DNA of 63,376 bases, filler included, from Octopus bimaculoides (GCF_001194135.2; 6 parts of 6 records of this genome joined end to end with filler, not necessarily neighbours in it), one strand, 5' to 3'; numbered from the whole stretch's first letter, positions 42,442 through 56,044 are shown. Numbers and translations are program-made. The notes: generated by a model not told the origin, from the sequence alone.

Positions 42442-44180
42442 CACATATTGATATTGATCTTGATATTCAGCATTCTCAATATTCAGTACAGAAATTCAAT
42501 AATTGAAATATTAATATCGGAGTCACAATAGGCGACACACATGTGCACACGTACGAACACACATCTTTACATTTCTGTGCTTAAATAAATATATATATTC
42601 ATATATATTAACATACACACCATATCTATATACATTTATAAACACTCACACACATAAACATATATATATATATACATATATATGTACATGTGTGTGTGTG
42701 AGTGTGTGTGTACGTGCGTGTGTGTGCATGTGTGTGTGTGTGTGTATTCAAAGGGAAACATTGTTACAATCATATTTTTGATAAACATATGTTTAGCCTC
42801 CTAGCGAAAATAGACCCGTGGATAAACCACAGACCTATCTTAGAAGCCAGAAGAAGGAACAAGCAAAGTAATCGATTGATGTCTTCCATTGAATCTACAG
42901 ACATGGTTCGATTACTTCCACCGCCTTTTGATAAGATGTATTCCATAAAGTCGGCAATAGACAGGGTTTCCTTCTTCGTAATGTTTGCTTCTTTTCATCT
43001 TTTTAGAGTCGATAAAATATGATCCAGTCGACTGATACAATCGACTATTCCCTTCTTCTATTCAATCGACTTACCCCTATGGTAGAAGCGGTTATCATCA
43101 TTATTATTATTATTATTATTATTATGTTGTTTTTTTTCTTCTTTCTTCAAATTTTCTCCCATTTCTCGCCGAGTGTTTTCCGTACACCTAGGGCAGAGAA
43201 ACTCGTTGTATGCGTTCCCAATTTACACACGCAAATTCACAGGTAAAACATGTATTTACAAAANNNNNNNNNNNNNNNNNNNNNNNNNNNNNNNNNNNNN
43301 NNNNNNNNNNNNNNNNNNNNNNNNNNNNNNNNNNNNNNNNNNNNNNNNNNNNNNNNNNNNNNNNNNNNNNNNNNNNNNNNNNNNNNNNNNNNNNNNNNNN
43401 NNNNNNNNNNNNNNNNNNNNNNNNNNNNNNNNNNNNNNNNNNNNNNNNNNNNNNNNNNNNNNNNNNNNNNNNNNNNNNNNNNNNNNNNNNNNNNNNNNNN
43501 NNNNNNNNNNNNNNNNNNNNNNNNNNNNNNNNNNNNNNNNNNNNNNNNNNNNNNNNNNNNNNNNNNNNNNNNNNNNNNNNNNNNNNNNNNNNNNNNNNNN
43601 NNNNNNNNNNNNNNNNNNNNNNNNNNNNNNNNNNNNNNNNNNNNNNNNNNNNNNNNNNNNNNNNNNNNNNNNNNNNNNNNNNNNNNNNNNNNNNNNNNNN
43701 NNNNNNNNNNNNNNNNNNNNNNNNNNNNNNNNNNNNNNNNNNNNNNNNNNNNNNNNNNNNNNNNNNNNNNNNNNNNNNNNNNNNNNNNNNNNNNNNNNNN
43801 NNNNNNNNNNNNNNNNNNNNNNNNNNNNNNNNNNNNNNNNNNNNNNNNNNNNNNNNNNNNNNNNNNNNNNNNNNNNNNNNNNNNNNNNNNNNNNNNNNNN
43901 NNNNNNNNNNNNNNNNNNNNNNNNNNNNNNNNNNNNNNNNNNNNNNNNNNNNNNNNNNNNNNNNNNNNNNNNNNNNNNNNNNNNNNNNNNNNNNNNNNNN
44001 NNNNNNNNNNNNNNNNNNNNNNNNNNNNNNNNNNNNNNNNNNNNNNNNNNNNNNNNNNNNNNNNNNNNNNNNNNNNNNNNNNNNNNNNNNNNNNNNNNNN
44101 NNNNNNNNNNNNNNNNNNNNNNNNNNNNNNNNNNNNNNNNNNNNNNNNNNNNNNNNNNNNNNNNNNNNNNNNNNNNNNNN

Positions 44181-44790
44181 ACCACATACTTGCCATGCAG
44201 AGGTTTCTGTTCCCATCTGCTAGCTAATTTTTCATGTGCTTTTGTCTTTGCAATTAATTTTATTTTCTTTGCAGCAGCAGTTGGCGCATTTCCTTCAACC
44301 TGATCAAGCTGGTGGGTATCTAAGAGTTCGGTAGCGAATTTTTTGTTCTCTTTCAGAATAGAGTGAAGCTTTTTCGGTCTTTCATGTTTTTCAACAAGTT
44401 TCAGCATCCAATCGTTGGTTGTTTCAAGGTATTTGGCCAGTCCGATTGTGGTGGTTTTGTACGTAAGTTCAAGCTGGATCAAGCCTCGACCTCCCTGAGC
44501 TCTGGGAAGGTAAAGACGATTCACGTCTGCCTTTGAATGGTGCATCTTATTACAAGTCAGTAGCTTGCGGATCTTTCTATCAATTTTGACTATTTCACTG
44601 GTATTCCAGTTAAGCACAGTGAAGCTATAAAGAACAACTGGGACTGCTAAGGAATTTATGGCTAACACCTTATTATAAGCATTCAGCTCAGACTTCAGAA
44701 CTGCTCGAACTCTTCTGTAACATTCCTTCCTAACCGTCTCTTTCATGCTTGCATGCTGGATACCAGAGCCTTCATTTATTCCTAGGTAGT
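44181..44790 (-). mobile_element. R4/Dong-like LINE ORF fragment (post-RT region), open for ~190 codons up to the gap
   Basis: RKECYRRVRAVLKSELNAYNKVLAINSLAVPVV...IDRKIRKLL...RLYLPRAQGGRGL...WEQKPLHGKY. Confidence 0.92.
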
Positions 44791-44829
44791 ATTATTATTA
44801 TTATTCAGTAGACTTTTTTTTTTCACGTG

Positions 44830-44965
44830 ATTTCACTGTATTATTGAACGCAGCTCTGTGTACCTTGGATATGTGCTGTGATTTGTTGTGATGCTTTAAT
44901 TTTTATTCTGTCGAACGTGTTTTACGTATAAATGTGTGTGGTGCCTAGTAGTGCTATTTTCTGTA
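44830..44965 (-). mobile_element. RLE-LINE 3' tip
   Basis: SIYNIQKIALLGTTHI plus UTR, homologous to 35880-36030. Confidence 0.75.
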
Positions 44966-44984
44966 TGTTATATATACTTGTAGT

Positions 44985-45125
44985 GAAGGCGCGTGGCTTA
45001 GTGGTTAGGGCATTCGGCTTGCGATTGTAAGATCGTGAGTTCAATTCCCGGCGACGCGTTGTTGTCCTTGAGCAAGACAATTTATTTCACATTGCTCCAG
45101 TCCACTTAGCTGGCAAAATGAGTGC
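44985..45125 (+). mobile_element. SINE family C with well-preserved tRNA-like head
   Basis: GGCGCGTGGCTTAGTGGTTAGG (A-box), GAGTTCAATTCCC (B-box), then GTCCTTGAGCAAGAC...TTGCTCCAGTCCAC.TAGCTGGCAAAATGAG. Confidence 0.9.
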
Positions 45126-45714
45126 ATATTCTCGGAAAATATTCTGAATCTGCTTCACTTTCATTTCTCAAAATGCATGAGAAATATGCTTGCGGGTTAT
45201 TAACATCACGCCCTGCAAGAATGAGTAAAATGATAGAATTTAATCAAATTTACACAAAAATGTTTGATTAAATATTCTTTTTTTTTCTTTCCTCTTTCTT
45301 TCCTTTTTTTTCTGCCTTTTCCTTTTCGCCTGTTATAAAATTCTAACTTCAAGACTGATGATGTAATTCCATCAAAGTTTGGACGCTGGTTGCTCTCGTT
45401 CATATTTTAGACTTGAATTTCTATAATTTTGAATTTTTAACACGTTTTATTTTGAACTCGACAAAGACAGGCTTACTGCCGACATATCGTTTAACCAATA
45501 AAATATCTATTGTAATCGCATCACGCTCTTCCTCTTGTCTGTTTACCTTTGTGAAGAGTTGCGTCAATCTTTTTAAAATATTTTTATTATTAAGGAAAAG
45601 GGGAAAAAATAAAAAATAGAAAAGTAAACAAATAAAATAAAGGGGGGGGAAGGAAAGAAAATTTACAACAACAATGCTCTTCTCAATACGTGTGCCGTAC
45701 AAGTTAAGACAATC

Positions 45715-46270
45715 TTTTGCACTTACTGCATAGAAGGTAAGCCAGGGATCATTCTTAAATAATTTTCAGCTCCTTTTTTGATCATTCCAAGTTCTCCCAC
45801 AATCATTGGTATTGTAACCGTCTTGAGATGACACATCTTTTCGATTTCAATTAGCAGATCTTTATATTTTCTGAGCTTATCAAATTCTTTTACCGAGATA
45901 CTATGGTCACTGGGTATGCTCATGTCAATCAACAAACAGACTTTTGTCCTTCACAAAATATCTAGTTTAGTTGCCTTGACGGTCCGGTCTGTACATACTG
46001 GGAAGTCCCAAAGAATAGTTACATTTTCTCCCTCAGTTACAGCCTCAGGGTGGTGCTTGTATCATTTGTCAACAGCCTTGATTCCATAATGCCGGCACAC
46101 TATCCAATGTAGATATTGGCCAATTCTGTTACGTCTTGATTAATACTCTACAGGTGATAAAACCTTACATCCAGAGATTAAGTGGTCGACTGTTTCTATC
46201 CCATTGTCGCAGTATCGGTACTTTGGGTCTACATTTTTCATCACATTGGCTTGATAGTTCCGGGTCAATA
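45715..46270 (-). mobile_element. R4/Dong-like LINE C-terminal RLE region
   Basis: IDMSIPSDHSISVKEFDKLRKYKDLLIEIEKMCHLKTVTIPMIVGELGMIKK. Confidence 0.9.
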
Positions 46271-46276
46271 AGCTTT

Positions 46277-46368
<92 letters not shown>

Positions 46369-46374
46369 TATATG

Positions 46375-46500
46375 AGTTCGAACTCCGTTGAGGTCGACTT
46401 TGCCTTTCATCTTTTCGGGGTCGATAAATTGAGTACCAGTGAAACTCTCGGGTCGATGAAAACGACATATCCCCTACCCGAAAATTGCTACCCTTGTAGC
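46375..46500 (+). mobile_element. SINE family B, 5'-truncated
   Basis: GAGTTCGAACTCC..TGAGGTCGACTTTGCCTTTCATC.TTTCGGGGTCGATAAATTGAGTACCAG. Confidence 0.85.
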
Positions 46501-46547
46501 ATCATTATTATTAGTAGTATTGTTGTTGTTATTGTTATTATTATTAT

Positions 46548-46621
<74 letters not shown>

Positions 46622-46865
46622 TTGTTGATATTTTATACATTTTTCTTACATTTTAATTTTTTTTTAATATCTTTTTTTATTTTCGACTAAACGAACCCTC
46701 GAATTGAAATGCATTCTATTTGGAACCTACTTTCAGAAAAAAAGAAAAAAAAGGTATACGCGTCCCAACTTTCCATTTGTGTTTTTCCACATAACCTGAG
46801 GCACAGTGATGTTTTCAGAAATCTATATTATCAAATACATACAATTTGTGGTGATGGTGTCGCTT

Positions 46866-46970
46866 AACAAACGAAACGGAATAGATTGGTGGTGAAGGTG
46901 ACGTTGAACAAACGAAACGAAATAGATTGGTGGTGAGGGTGACGTTGAACAAATGAAACGAAATAGATGG
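46866..46970. repeat. 41-bp minisatellite, ~2.5 units
   Basis: ACAAA.GAAACG.AATAGA starts at 46867, 46908 and 46949. Confidence 0.9.
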
Positions 46971-47247
46971 AAAATAATAAGAACATTTACATCCGTGTCG
47001 AGTTTCCATGTTTTCATATTCTTTTTATCATTTTTTTTTTACGTGTCACATTTTTTTTTTAAGCAAAATATTAAAAGAAATATTATTTCCTGAAGGGAAA
47101 AATTACCAAATTCTTCTGCAAAATACTTTTAATATAAATATATTCTAGCTTAAGGGTGTCAAATTATTCAGCTAATATTATTTGCATGTATTTGTTTGTT
47201 AAACAGCAGTTCGTGTACTTGTTTAGCTGCAAAACGGTACGCGTTAC

Positions 47248-47301
47248 CTTAACAGCTATGGCAACAATCCCAGAAATGGTCCATATTAAAAACAATAGCA
47301 A
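47248..47301 (-). CDS. Candidate 54-nt exon, hydrophobic (LLLFLIWTISGIVAIAVK)
   Basis: Acceptor TGCATTTTTTTCTACGTAG, donor AAG|GTAACG; only the phase-0 frame is open. Confidence 0.35.
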
Positions 47302-48212
47302 CTACGTAGAAAAAAATGCAGTGAATATTTCCTACACGTATTTCCATTGCTCGTTTGTTTCTCTATTACAGTTTCACTCGGGCATGATTCATCGTCGTAA
47401 TTGATCGTGTATAACATGCCCGCGCGCACACACATACACACACACATGACATATACACACACGCGCGCAGGTAGACGCGCACTCATGCACACACATGAAC
47501 ACACACACACACAGATTGAGTCGTAAATATTCATATATATATATATATATATATATATANNNNNNNNNNNNNNNNNNNNNNNNNNNNNNNNNNNNNNNNN
47601 NNNNNNNNNNNNNNNNNNNNNNNNNNNNNNNNNNNNNNNNNNNNNNNNNNNNNNNNNNNNNNNNNNNNNNNNNNNNNNNNNNNNNNNNNNNNNNNNNNNN
47701 NNNNNNNNNNNNNNNNNNNNNNNNNNNNNNNNNNNNNNNNNNNNNNNNNNNNNNNNNNNNNNNNNNNNNNNNNNNNNNNNNNNNNNNNNNNNNNNNNNNN
47801 NNNNNNNNNNNNNNNNNNNNNNNNNNNNNNNNNNNNNNNNNNNNNNNNNNNNNNNNNNNNNCATACATACATACATACATACATACATACATACATACAT
47901 ACATACATACATACATACATACATACATACATACATACATACATCGGTGAAGTACTTCGCTGAAATAGGTCCAATCAAAGCGGATTAATTTCCGACGAAG
48001 AACTTAAGAGAAAATGCAAGTGTAGATTTTCTGGTGTGTTTTTAATTTAAAATTTGTATTGCGATCGTGTTGACTATTTCTCGTTTTCAAGTGCGATTAC
48101 AATATATATATGTACATATATATATGCGTATATGTGTGTTTGAGTTTGTGTGTTCGTGCGTGTATGGCTGTGTGTGCGTTTGTGTATGCATATATAAATC
48201 TTTACATAAATT

Positions 48213-48544
48213 CCCCGTAAAATTCTGTTGATTGTTCTTCGAGCCACTTCTTCATTACAGTTTTCACTTCCTCGTCACTGGAATAATGTTTACCTCTCGA
48301 ATCCTCATTCATGAGACCGTGGAAGTGAAAACTGTAGTGAAGAAGTCAACAGAATTTTACGGGGCAGGGATACATGCTCTCATTCGAAGGTGGAACATTG
48401 CTATTGAGAGAAACGGTGACTATGTTGAGAAGTAGGGATGTTATCCACAGAGGACCAACTTCATTCTGATGTATGATACATGTTCCTGTGTTGGTAATGA
48501 TTCCTATCCTAAACAAAATGACATGACTTTTTGACTCACCCTCG
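48213..48544 (+). mobile_element. Mariner 3' remnant of a second family, with an inverted duplicated piece
   Basis: STEFYGAGIHALIRRWNIAIERNGDYVEK*; terminal CTTTTTGACTCACCCTCG followed by TA. Confidence 0.85.
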
Positions 48545-48799
48545 TACACACATACATGTAAACATACATACTTACCTATCTATATGTCACTTAATGTACC
48601 TCATCGGAGACACCTTCTCTTTTCCTTACCCGTTCTTCTTTCTTCGTTTATAGTTCCATGAAAACAGATCGGTGAAGAAATAGCGGTGGTGTGGTTTTTA
48701 TTAGGGTGGAGTCTGACTAACTAGATGTGATTTACGCAGTGTTGTGCTATGAACATCTTTTACAGCATACCTGAAACATGATATGCTTAATCAGATCAC

Positions 48800-49250
48800 G
48801 AAAATTCAACGTACTGCCGTCAGCTATGCCTTCAGAGATAGTCTTTCAGGCAAATGCCCTTACGCCAGCTCAGTTCTTGCAATTGTAGGTATTTATCTGT
48901 TTGTTCAACCTTTGGAAACCTTGGCTTTTCGTTTCTCCCGCGCATCAGCTTTTTAGATCTGCTCAGATCAGAAGAATCAAGTTCTCATGTTAAAGATTTT
49001 AACCAGGACTCTTCCCCAAGTACTGTGAGGAACAGTGTCTGAAGCGAGGCTACCTCTCTACACCGTCCTTCAGCCTCTCTATGTATAATCCTGTCCATTT
49101 ATAAGTCTTCCTACCTACGAGCTTGTCTACGAATATGTCTAACTATCTACTGGTGCTGCTCGCTACATCTTTACTTTTTTTCTTTTCTTGATTCAGGCGC
49201 CACATGCTTCTTTCGAATTTTCTCTGGAATCCTCAATCATTTTGCTATTA
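48800..49250 (-). mobile_element. Possible Mutator-like transposase C-terminal relic
   Basis: KADAREKRKAKVSK/VEQTDKYLQLQELSWRKGICLKDYL resembles MULE C-termini; by eye only. Confidence 0.3.
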
Positions 49251-49775
49251 ATCTTCAATGAGGACACTTTTATTTCCACACTCTTCCATTACAGTGTGAC
49301 ATATGTTTATTTACATACGTGCCGTATTCTATGTCATTTCAGCGTTACCGTGTATTATTATTTGCCTCATTGAATTTAAGACCAACATATTTGTTATATA
49401 TATATTCATATTTGTTATATATTTTCAAAAGAAAAAAACGAACACATGGATAAAAGTCCATAATTTTCTTTTCACACAACAGTTTTAACCTTATCACTAT
49501 TATAGCTGTCATGGCTTCCATCACCTGCTATTTTTTCTTTAAAAATTATTTTTGTTATTTTCTGAAAAAAAAAATTTTTTTTCTGCTGGTTGCAGATCAC
49601 CAATGTAAGCAAGTTGGATTTAGCTAATTTTGGGAATTTGCTAATAGGTTCTTCCATCTGTTTTGTTTTTTCCTGGAGAGTTTTCATATTCCAGGGTGCG
49701 CTGGTGAAAATTTTGAAATACGGCGTTTTGATAAGGAACATCCATGATTTCGATCATAGCAGTTCGAAGTTGATG

Positions 49776-49807
<32 letters not shown>

Positions 49808-49856
49808 GATGATGATGAATGACGACGATGATGATGACGACGATAATGATGATGAC

Positions 49857-49893
<37 letters not shown>

Positions 49894-49954
49894 ATGATGA
49901 GGAGGAGGATGATGATTATGAGGAGGAGGAGGAGGAGGAGGAGGAGGATGACGT

Positions 49955-49987
<33 letters not shown>

Positions 49988-50137
49988 GGAGGAGGAGGAT
50001 GATGGTGATGATGATGACGATGATGATGATGATGATGNNNNNNNNNNNNNNNNNNNNNNNNNNNNNNNNNNNNNNNNNNNNTTAATTAATTAANNNNNNN
50101 NNNNNNNNNNNNNNNNNNNNNNNNNNNNNNNNNNNNN

Positions 50138-50184
<47 letters not shown>

Positions 50185-50214
50185 CATTCGTATTGTTATA
50201 CATGCATGTACCTG

Positions 50215-50720
50215 CTGCTTCTGCTTCATGCTCATAGCTTCATGAGACTGGGGTCATCCCAGGCTAGTGATCCCAAAGATGTCATCATGCGTAAAGACGA
50301 TCAAGTCCACCAGTGATCTCTATCGTTGGTGGTTCTGTATCAGTGCCTCTGAATCATCTCCGGTGACACTGAGCTTCTGAAAATCTCCATTCACATCCAA
50401 CCATCTGGTGCAGGGCTTGCCACCAGGCCTCTTCCAGCCTGCACCTGCTGTGTTCAATGAGAGTATAATCCTGATAGGATGAGCTAGCAAAAGATGGAGG
50501 ACATGTTCGTACCAACGGATGCGACGGATAGCTATACAGTGGAAGGCTGTGGGTTGATGTGTGCACAGATGCAGCTCTTTGTTGGAAAAGTGAAGGTACT
50601 ACTTGTTGGAAAAGTGATGGTTGTCAGGACTCTGCTATCGTAGCCGTTGTTCCTCTTTGCCAAGGTCTTCAAGAAGTGCCACATTTCTGCTCCATAAAGG
50701 AGAATGCATTGTATCAAAAT
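50215..50720 (-). mobile_element. RTE-clade LINE ORF2 C-terminal relic (different subfamily)
   Basis: ILLYGAEMWHFLKTLAKRNNGYDSRVL...IRRIRWYEHVLHL...WKRPGGKPCTRWLDV. Confidence 0.85.
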
Positions 50721-52135
50721 TGAAGAAAGATCAGAATAAAAATAAAATTTCTGCTGAAATTAATATCGACAATAGCGAAAATAAATGGATAGTGAAATAC
50801 ACAATGTAAATCATTAATGCGGATGCCTGGAAACAAATATTTATATGGTTATATGAATGGCAAACTATTTCAATATGTGATCGTACACATACGCACACAC
50901 GTACGCCCACATAAACACATAAACACACACATAAATATATAAATGCACACATGAATATATGATAGCAATATTGAACAATATGCGAATTCTCCATTCATTA
51001 TATGGTGTGTTTTTTTCCTTCAGTTTGGCTAGCAGCTGGTGTAAAACAATACATTTGCACTTAGATACAATAAACAACGTTTTCTCTACAATCTCTTGAA
51101 TATCACAAGAATATAAGACTTCTGAATACGCAATTTTCTTATGAATTTTTTACGTTGAATGCTTGCAAAATTTATCTATTGAATTGCAAGAATTTCAGTC
51201 AATGTTGTCAGACTAACTGGCAAGCAAGCACACCTAACTATGAATATATATTTTTTCAAAAATGTTTCTAGCATGATATATAACACATTTGTTATTTATA
51301 ATATTATAATATTTATTTCCACCGCGAATTATGCCATTTGTTTAAAGGTAACACAGTTGAATGTATTTTAGTATATTACTAGATGTTTCAGAGGTCATTA
51401 AGAGAAGAGCGAAGTCGATGCATGCATTATTTGAACTCAAAAAGTAGAAGAACGGACTTAAAAACAATATATTTTTATGGGGAGCTATCATATTGTTTCT
51501 ACAATATCACTGCCATGATATTTAAAGCTTACATACATACTACGTGTGTATCGCATGGGTTTGCAATACACATACGACATACAGATAGGGCTCTGTATGT
51601 ATCTGAAAATAATATTTGAAATAAAACTTTTAAATAATTTAATTAAATAAAGTATTTAGCAGTTGGAGAACTATTACATCTATTGGGAATAGACTATATA
51701 AAAATATGGTATTGTATGGTTTGCTGAAACACATGCAGTGAATACAGATTAAGAGATTAAATAGGAATGAATGAGACGATAATTGGTTCAGTCTACTATG
51801 TTAATCACCGACAAAGACTGGGTATAATTCAATTAAGCAAGAGGTATATTATTAAAGAAATGGCTAACGTATGTATTGGTTGTATTATGTGAATAAAAAA
51901 TGTATTCTAACCGAAGAGCTGTCATATGACGTTAGAATGTGTCTGTAATAGATGTGGATCAAAAAATATTAAAGAAAATGTTGTTAAAGCAATAAGAAGC
52001 CAATCACACAACAAAAATTATTCAAGACCAAGAGTAGTTAAATAATCACAACCAATAAATACTATGTCCTATATAATTTGCTGACTGCCCTGTTTTAAGT
52101 ACACTGCTCAATGGTGTGTTAAAAACACATCTCAC

Positions 52136-52179
52136 CCAAAAATACAACTGAAATTGATCCGACACCAACATAGAAGAAA
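52136..52179 (-). CDS. Candidate 44-nt exon
   Basis: Acceptor TTTCCTTGCGTAG, donor TGG|GTGAGA; open in all three frames (SSMLVSDQFQLYFW or FFYVGVGSISVVFL). Confidence 0.3.
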
Positions 52180-53459
52180 CTACGCAAGGAAATATTTAGT
52201 TTACTGTGCAACGGTCACCAACAATTCCACCTCAGTATTATAGTAGCTTTAATCGCTAATTCATTCAAAAACACATTTCCCATCTCATAATTTTAGCAAT
52301 TAGAACGTAGTGCTGATATCGAACTATCATGCTTTATTTGGGTTTTAAATTCAGCCAAAACATCTATTATTATAAAATGGAGAATCCTATCTTTTGCGCA
52401 ACCCTAAACTAAGATTAAGGTACTCCGTCAGCATATCACCTCAGAATCTTATGAAATTTTATTTTCCAAACTCCATTTCCTTAATGGATACTCAGAATTA
52501 GTCCAAGCTTAGAAACATGAGATTTTAGATTAATAAAATATTTCAAACCTATTATATTTCTGAATAGGTAATGAATTATACATCCACATTTTCTTAATAC
52601 TATATTCTTAATTCATTATGTTTTCACTTGAGTAAACACATTCCAACAAAATATATCAACGTCTCTTAATAACAGTATATTTTCACTATCAGTTTTTGCT
52701 TTCCTAATTATTATTTCTTTGACTGTACGAAAATCTTATTTTTCCAAATAAGTCTTGTAGAGGAAAGCAAAACTGTGTATGTTAAATTTCATACCAAAGT
52801 CATAACTGCACCCCGTATTCTTAAAAGGCCTTAAAAGGACCCATGTAGTTCAGCTAACAGTCATACAGAACATATGGTTTGATCATAAAAAGACATGCAC
52901 TTTTCACGCTTATTTTGGTATTACTGTCAAATAACAGCATGAGCCATGTCGATAGATAAGAGTACACGCTATATCTTCAAGATATAATGATAGCGACATT
53001 AAAATAGTAACAATTATTGCGACAATCTAAATGCATTTTTCTAATCTGTTATAGTCACAGAATTTACTTATGTAAGGAAAGTACAACTATATGATTTTCT
53101 TTCGTTTACAGGAATGCTATTGCGTTATCATTTCTCCCATAGCTTACTGTTTCATTTTGAGTTGAGGTAGAGAATAGTTTCAACTAGAATTGACTTGAGA
53201 TTTGAAATTTCAGGAAAGATCTCAGCCATGAAGATTACACAGTCCGTTTGGAATATTGTTTCATATGAAAAACACCGCCTCGCTGGAATCTAATTATTTG
53301 ACATATCCTTATAATCACCAACATTACCATCACCGTCGTCCTTGTTGTCATCATCGCTAGCATTATAAACGGTAAAGCATCAAATTAAATATGCTTTCCA
53401 GGATTTAGCCTATCATCCTTTCCTGGTTGATAAAAAAAGTTCAAGCTTAGTACACTGAC

Positions 53460-53507
53460 TTCCATCTTGCTTCTTGTTTTGGTTTCGATATTCCGATATC
53501 AGTATAT
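53460..53507 (-). CDS. Candidate 48-nt exon
   Basis: Acceptor GGATTCGCATTCAG, donor GAA|GTCAGT; phase 1-1 frame ILISEYRNQNKKQDG. Confidence 0.15.
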
Positions 53508-53604
53508 CTGAATGCGAATCCATTTAGTTTGCAATTACAACCGCTGTCACATATATTATTTTATATTATATGATTCGTGTTTAAAAAAGCAAAGAAGTGA
53601 AGTT

Positions 53605-53838
53605 CCTTCTCGAGCCACATAGGGTCAGGTTCCCGATTCCCATGGCGTATATATTTAGCACCTGGACGAGACGCTGGTCCATTGCAGGATTACTCATTTT
53701 TGTCAACTGACTGTACTGGTTCAACATGAAATGAAGTGTTTCCCTCAAGAATACAACGCGTCGCCCGGTCCGTGTATCGAAACCACAATCTTACGATCAT
53801 GAGGCCAACAACTTAACCACTAAGCCACGCACCTCCAC
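53605..53838 (-). mobile_element. SINE family C, near full length
   Basis: Reverse of GTGCGTGGCTTAGTGGTT...GTTTCGATAC...CTGCAATGGACCAGCGTCTCGTCCAGG. Confidence 0.85.
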
Positions 53839-53974
53839 GATTCATGTTTGCATTCATTAAATTTGCTAAGTTTACCCTTTTCTTGTTATTGCAATTTTAT
53901 CATGAAGTTTAACCATCGGTGAGTATGATGTTCATGATTACCACGTTTGAAATCTATTCTTAAATTTTCCACGC

Positions 53975-54270
53975 AAGCGTAGCTGTGCGGTTAAGAAGCT
54001 AGCTTCTTGTGGTCTTGGGTCCAGTCCCGCTGCGCGCTGTATTGGAGCAGTGTCTTCTATTATAGCTGCAGGCCAACCAAAACTTTGTGAAAAGATTTCG
54101 TAGACAGAAACCGAAAGAAGCTCGTCGTATACATACATACATACATACATACATACATACATACATGCACACACTCTTATATAAGTCCTATGGTCGACTT
54201 GCTCGACTGATCTCCTCAAGGTGGTGCCCTAGTATGGCCGTTCTCGATAACTGAAATAAGTAAAAGATAC
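53975..54270 (+). mobile_element. SINE family A with internal deletion
   Basis: GTAGCTGTGCGGTTAAGAAGC...GAAAGAAGCTCGTCG-(TACA)n-...GGTCGACTTGCTCGACT. Confidence 0.85.
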
Positions 54271-54894
54271 AAGATAGTTCCTGCGTGTTAGGCCTTTTAG
54301 CATGATTCACGTTATTACTGTTTCTATTTTGTATTTGCGCTCATTACCCAATTTTTCCGCTATGTGTTCTTTCCTTTCAAATGTTCTATATCGCAGGGTG
54401 GGATGGTATTTTTACCATACGCCTGTTCAGAAGGAAATAAAATATTTCATATACTTTTGTCTGACAATATATTTTAAAAAGCAAAAAAGTCTGCGAGTCC
54501 TCATTTTAAACCAAGCCAACATAAACATGTACAGAAACTGAAATATTTTCACACATTGTGAACAATTCCTGAAAAGCTTTAAGTTCCAATTCTTTCTATG
54601 GAACTAGCAGACAGCTAAAAGGTCATCCTATTAACCTGAGCAAAATTCTTTATTTCCCGTTGCCCCCGTCCACTCGGCTCACAAAAATGAATAATCCTGC
54701 AATGGACCGGTATCACGTTCAGTGAAGAGGGGGAATTTATACGTCACAGAATCTGGAAAATTGGCCGTATGACCCTAAGGCGTAGGAAGATCTTTTGATT
54801 CTTTTAGATTAAAAAGAAGGCGGCAAGCTGGCAGAATCGTCAAATAAGTATCAGTCAAGTAGTGGGAGTTAATAATAATAATAATAATCATAGA

Positions 54895-55235
54895 TATAGC
54901 TTGCCCAGCGTACAACAAGGTATGCAATAAGTTGGAAAGAAAAGTCGATAGATATAACAGGTTAGCTTGGGATGTTAAGCAGGTGTTGTCGATGAAAAAG
55001 AGGGTAGTAGTACTAATAATTGTCGGAGCCATGGGAACAGTGAGTAAAAATCTTGAGAAGTACATGGAACAAATAGAGGCTGCAATAAGGGCGGAGCACT
55101 TGCAGAAAACAGCACTGCTTGGATCCGCTCCGGATGGTGCTCGAAAAATAAGGTGTGTTACCTTAGTTCAGTGGTAGTGAACTGCTAACATCGTAGTACA
55201 TCTCCAGCGTTAGAAGCTGTGCAAAGACAATAAAA
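54895..55235 (+). mobile_element. RLE-LINE 3' end
   Basis: YNRLAWDVKQVLSMKKRVVVLIIVGAMGTVSKNLEKYMEQIE...LQKTALLGSA. Confidence 0.85.
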
Positions 55236-55254
55236 TATTAATAATAATATCATA

Positions 55255-55470
55255 TTAAGGCGGTGAGCTGTCAGAATCGTTGGCACACCGGACGAAATGC
55301 TTAACAGAATTTCGTTTGTCGCTACGTTCTGAATTTAATTTTCACCGAGGTCGTCTTTACTTTTCATCCTTTCAGGGTTAATAAACTTAGTACCAGTGGA
55401 ACATTGGGGTCGATGTAATCGACTAGTCCCCTTCCCCAACATTTCAGGCCTTGTGCCTATAGTAGAAATC
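55255..55470 (+). mobile_element. SINE family B, full length
   Basis: TTAAGGCGGTGAGCTGTCAGAATCGTTGGCAC...GGGGTCGATGTAATCGAC...GGCCTTGTGCCTATAGTAGAAA. Confidence 0.9.
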
Positions 55471-55951
55471 ATTACGTACTAAATATATTATATTTTATGT
55501 AATATACTTTGCACTATATACATTATACATTTATACTTTCAAAATGAAAGACATTTTTCCAGTTGATGGTACTGATCATATTAGGTCTAAAGTTGTTGTT
55601 TGCGTGAGACGTTGCACTCATATCGTGTTTTGAACTATTCAACAACTAAGGCGAATGAGAGACAAACAGAAGGCGGAGAGAGGGTGAGAGGGAGAAAGAG
55701 AAAGAGAGAATATAAAGGAGGAGGAGGAGGAGGAGGAGGAGGAGGAGGAAGAGGAAGAAGACGAAGAGAGACAGAAGAAAGAAAAAGATACTATGAAAAT
55801 AGGGAAAAGATAACGTGTTTGAAATATCTTCAACACAATGTCAGTACATATATACATGCATATATACGCACTTGAATCGAAATAGAATTAATTACGCTCT
55901 TGTTAATCTTTAAAGGTCAGCATAAACTAAACAACACGAAACCAGTTTAAC

Positions 55952-56044
55952 CACAATATTTTGGCAACGTCTGATTGCATGCTTGTTCGCAGTAGTCGGC
56001 AAGATAATGATTTCGGAGAAAAGTAGTACAAAGCGTAGTGTCGA
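55952..56044 (-). CDS. Candidate 93-nt phase 1-1 Cys-rich exon (DTTLCTTFLRNHYLADYCEQACNQTLPKYC)
   Basis: Acceptor ACATCTTTCCTCAG; weak donor GTG|GTTAAA. Confidence 0.2.

Noticed and set aside
42791-42865. Possible plus-strand terminal exon PPSENRPVDKPQTYLRSQKKEQAK*
   Set aside because: Single AG acceptor with no partner exons or homology; both strands are open locally, so it cannot be told from chance
44985-45060. tRNA-like sequence with A and B boxes
   Set aside because: Continues directly into a SINE body and has several diverged copies: a SINE head, not a tRNA gene
46866-46970. Regularly spaced repeats suggestive of CRISPR
   Set aside because: Head-to-tail units with no unique spacers, eukaryotic context, no cas genes
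49590-50093. Poly-Asp/Glu acidic ORF
   Set aside because: Compound (GAT/GAG/GAC)n microsatellite running into a gap; no supporting splice or domain signal
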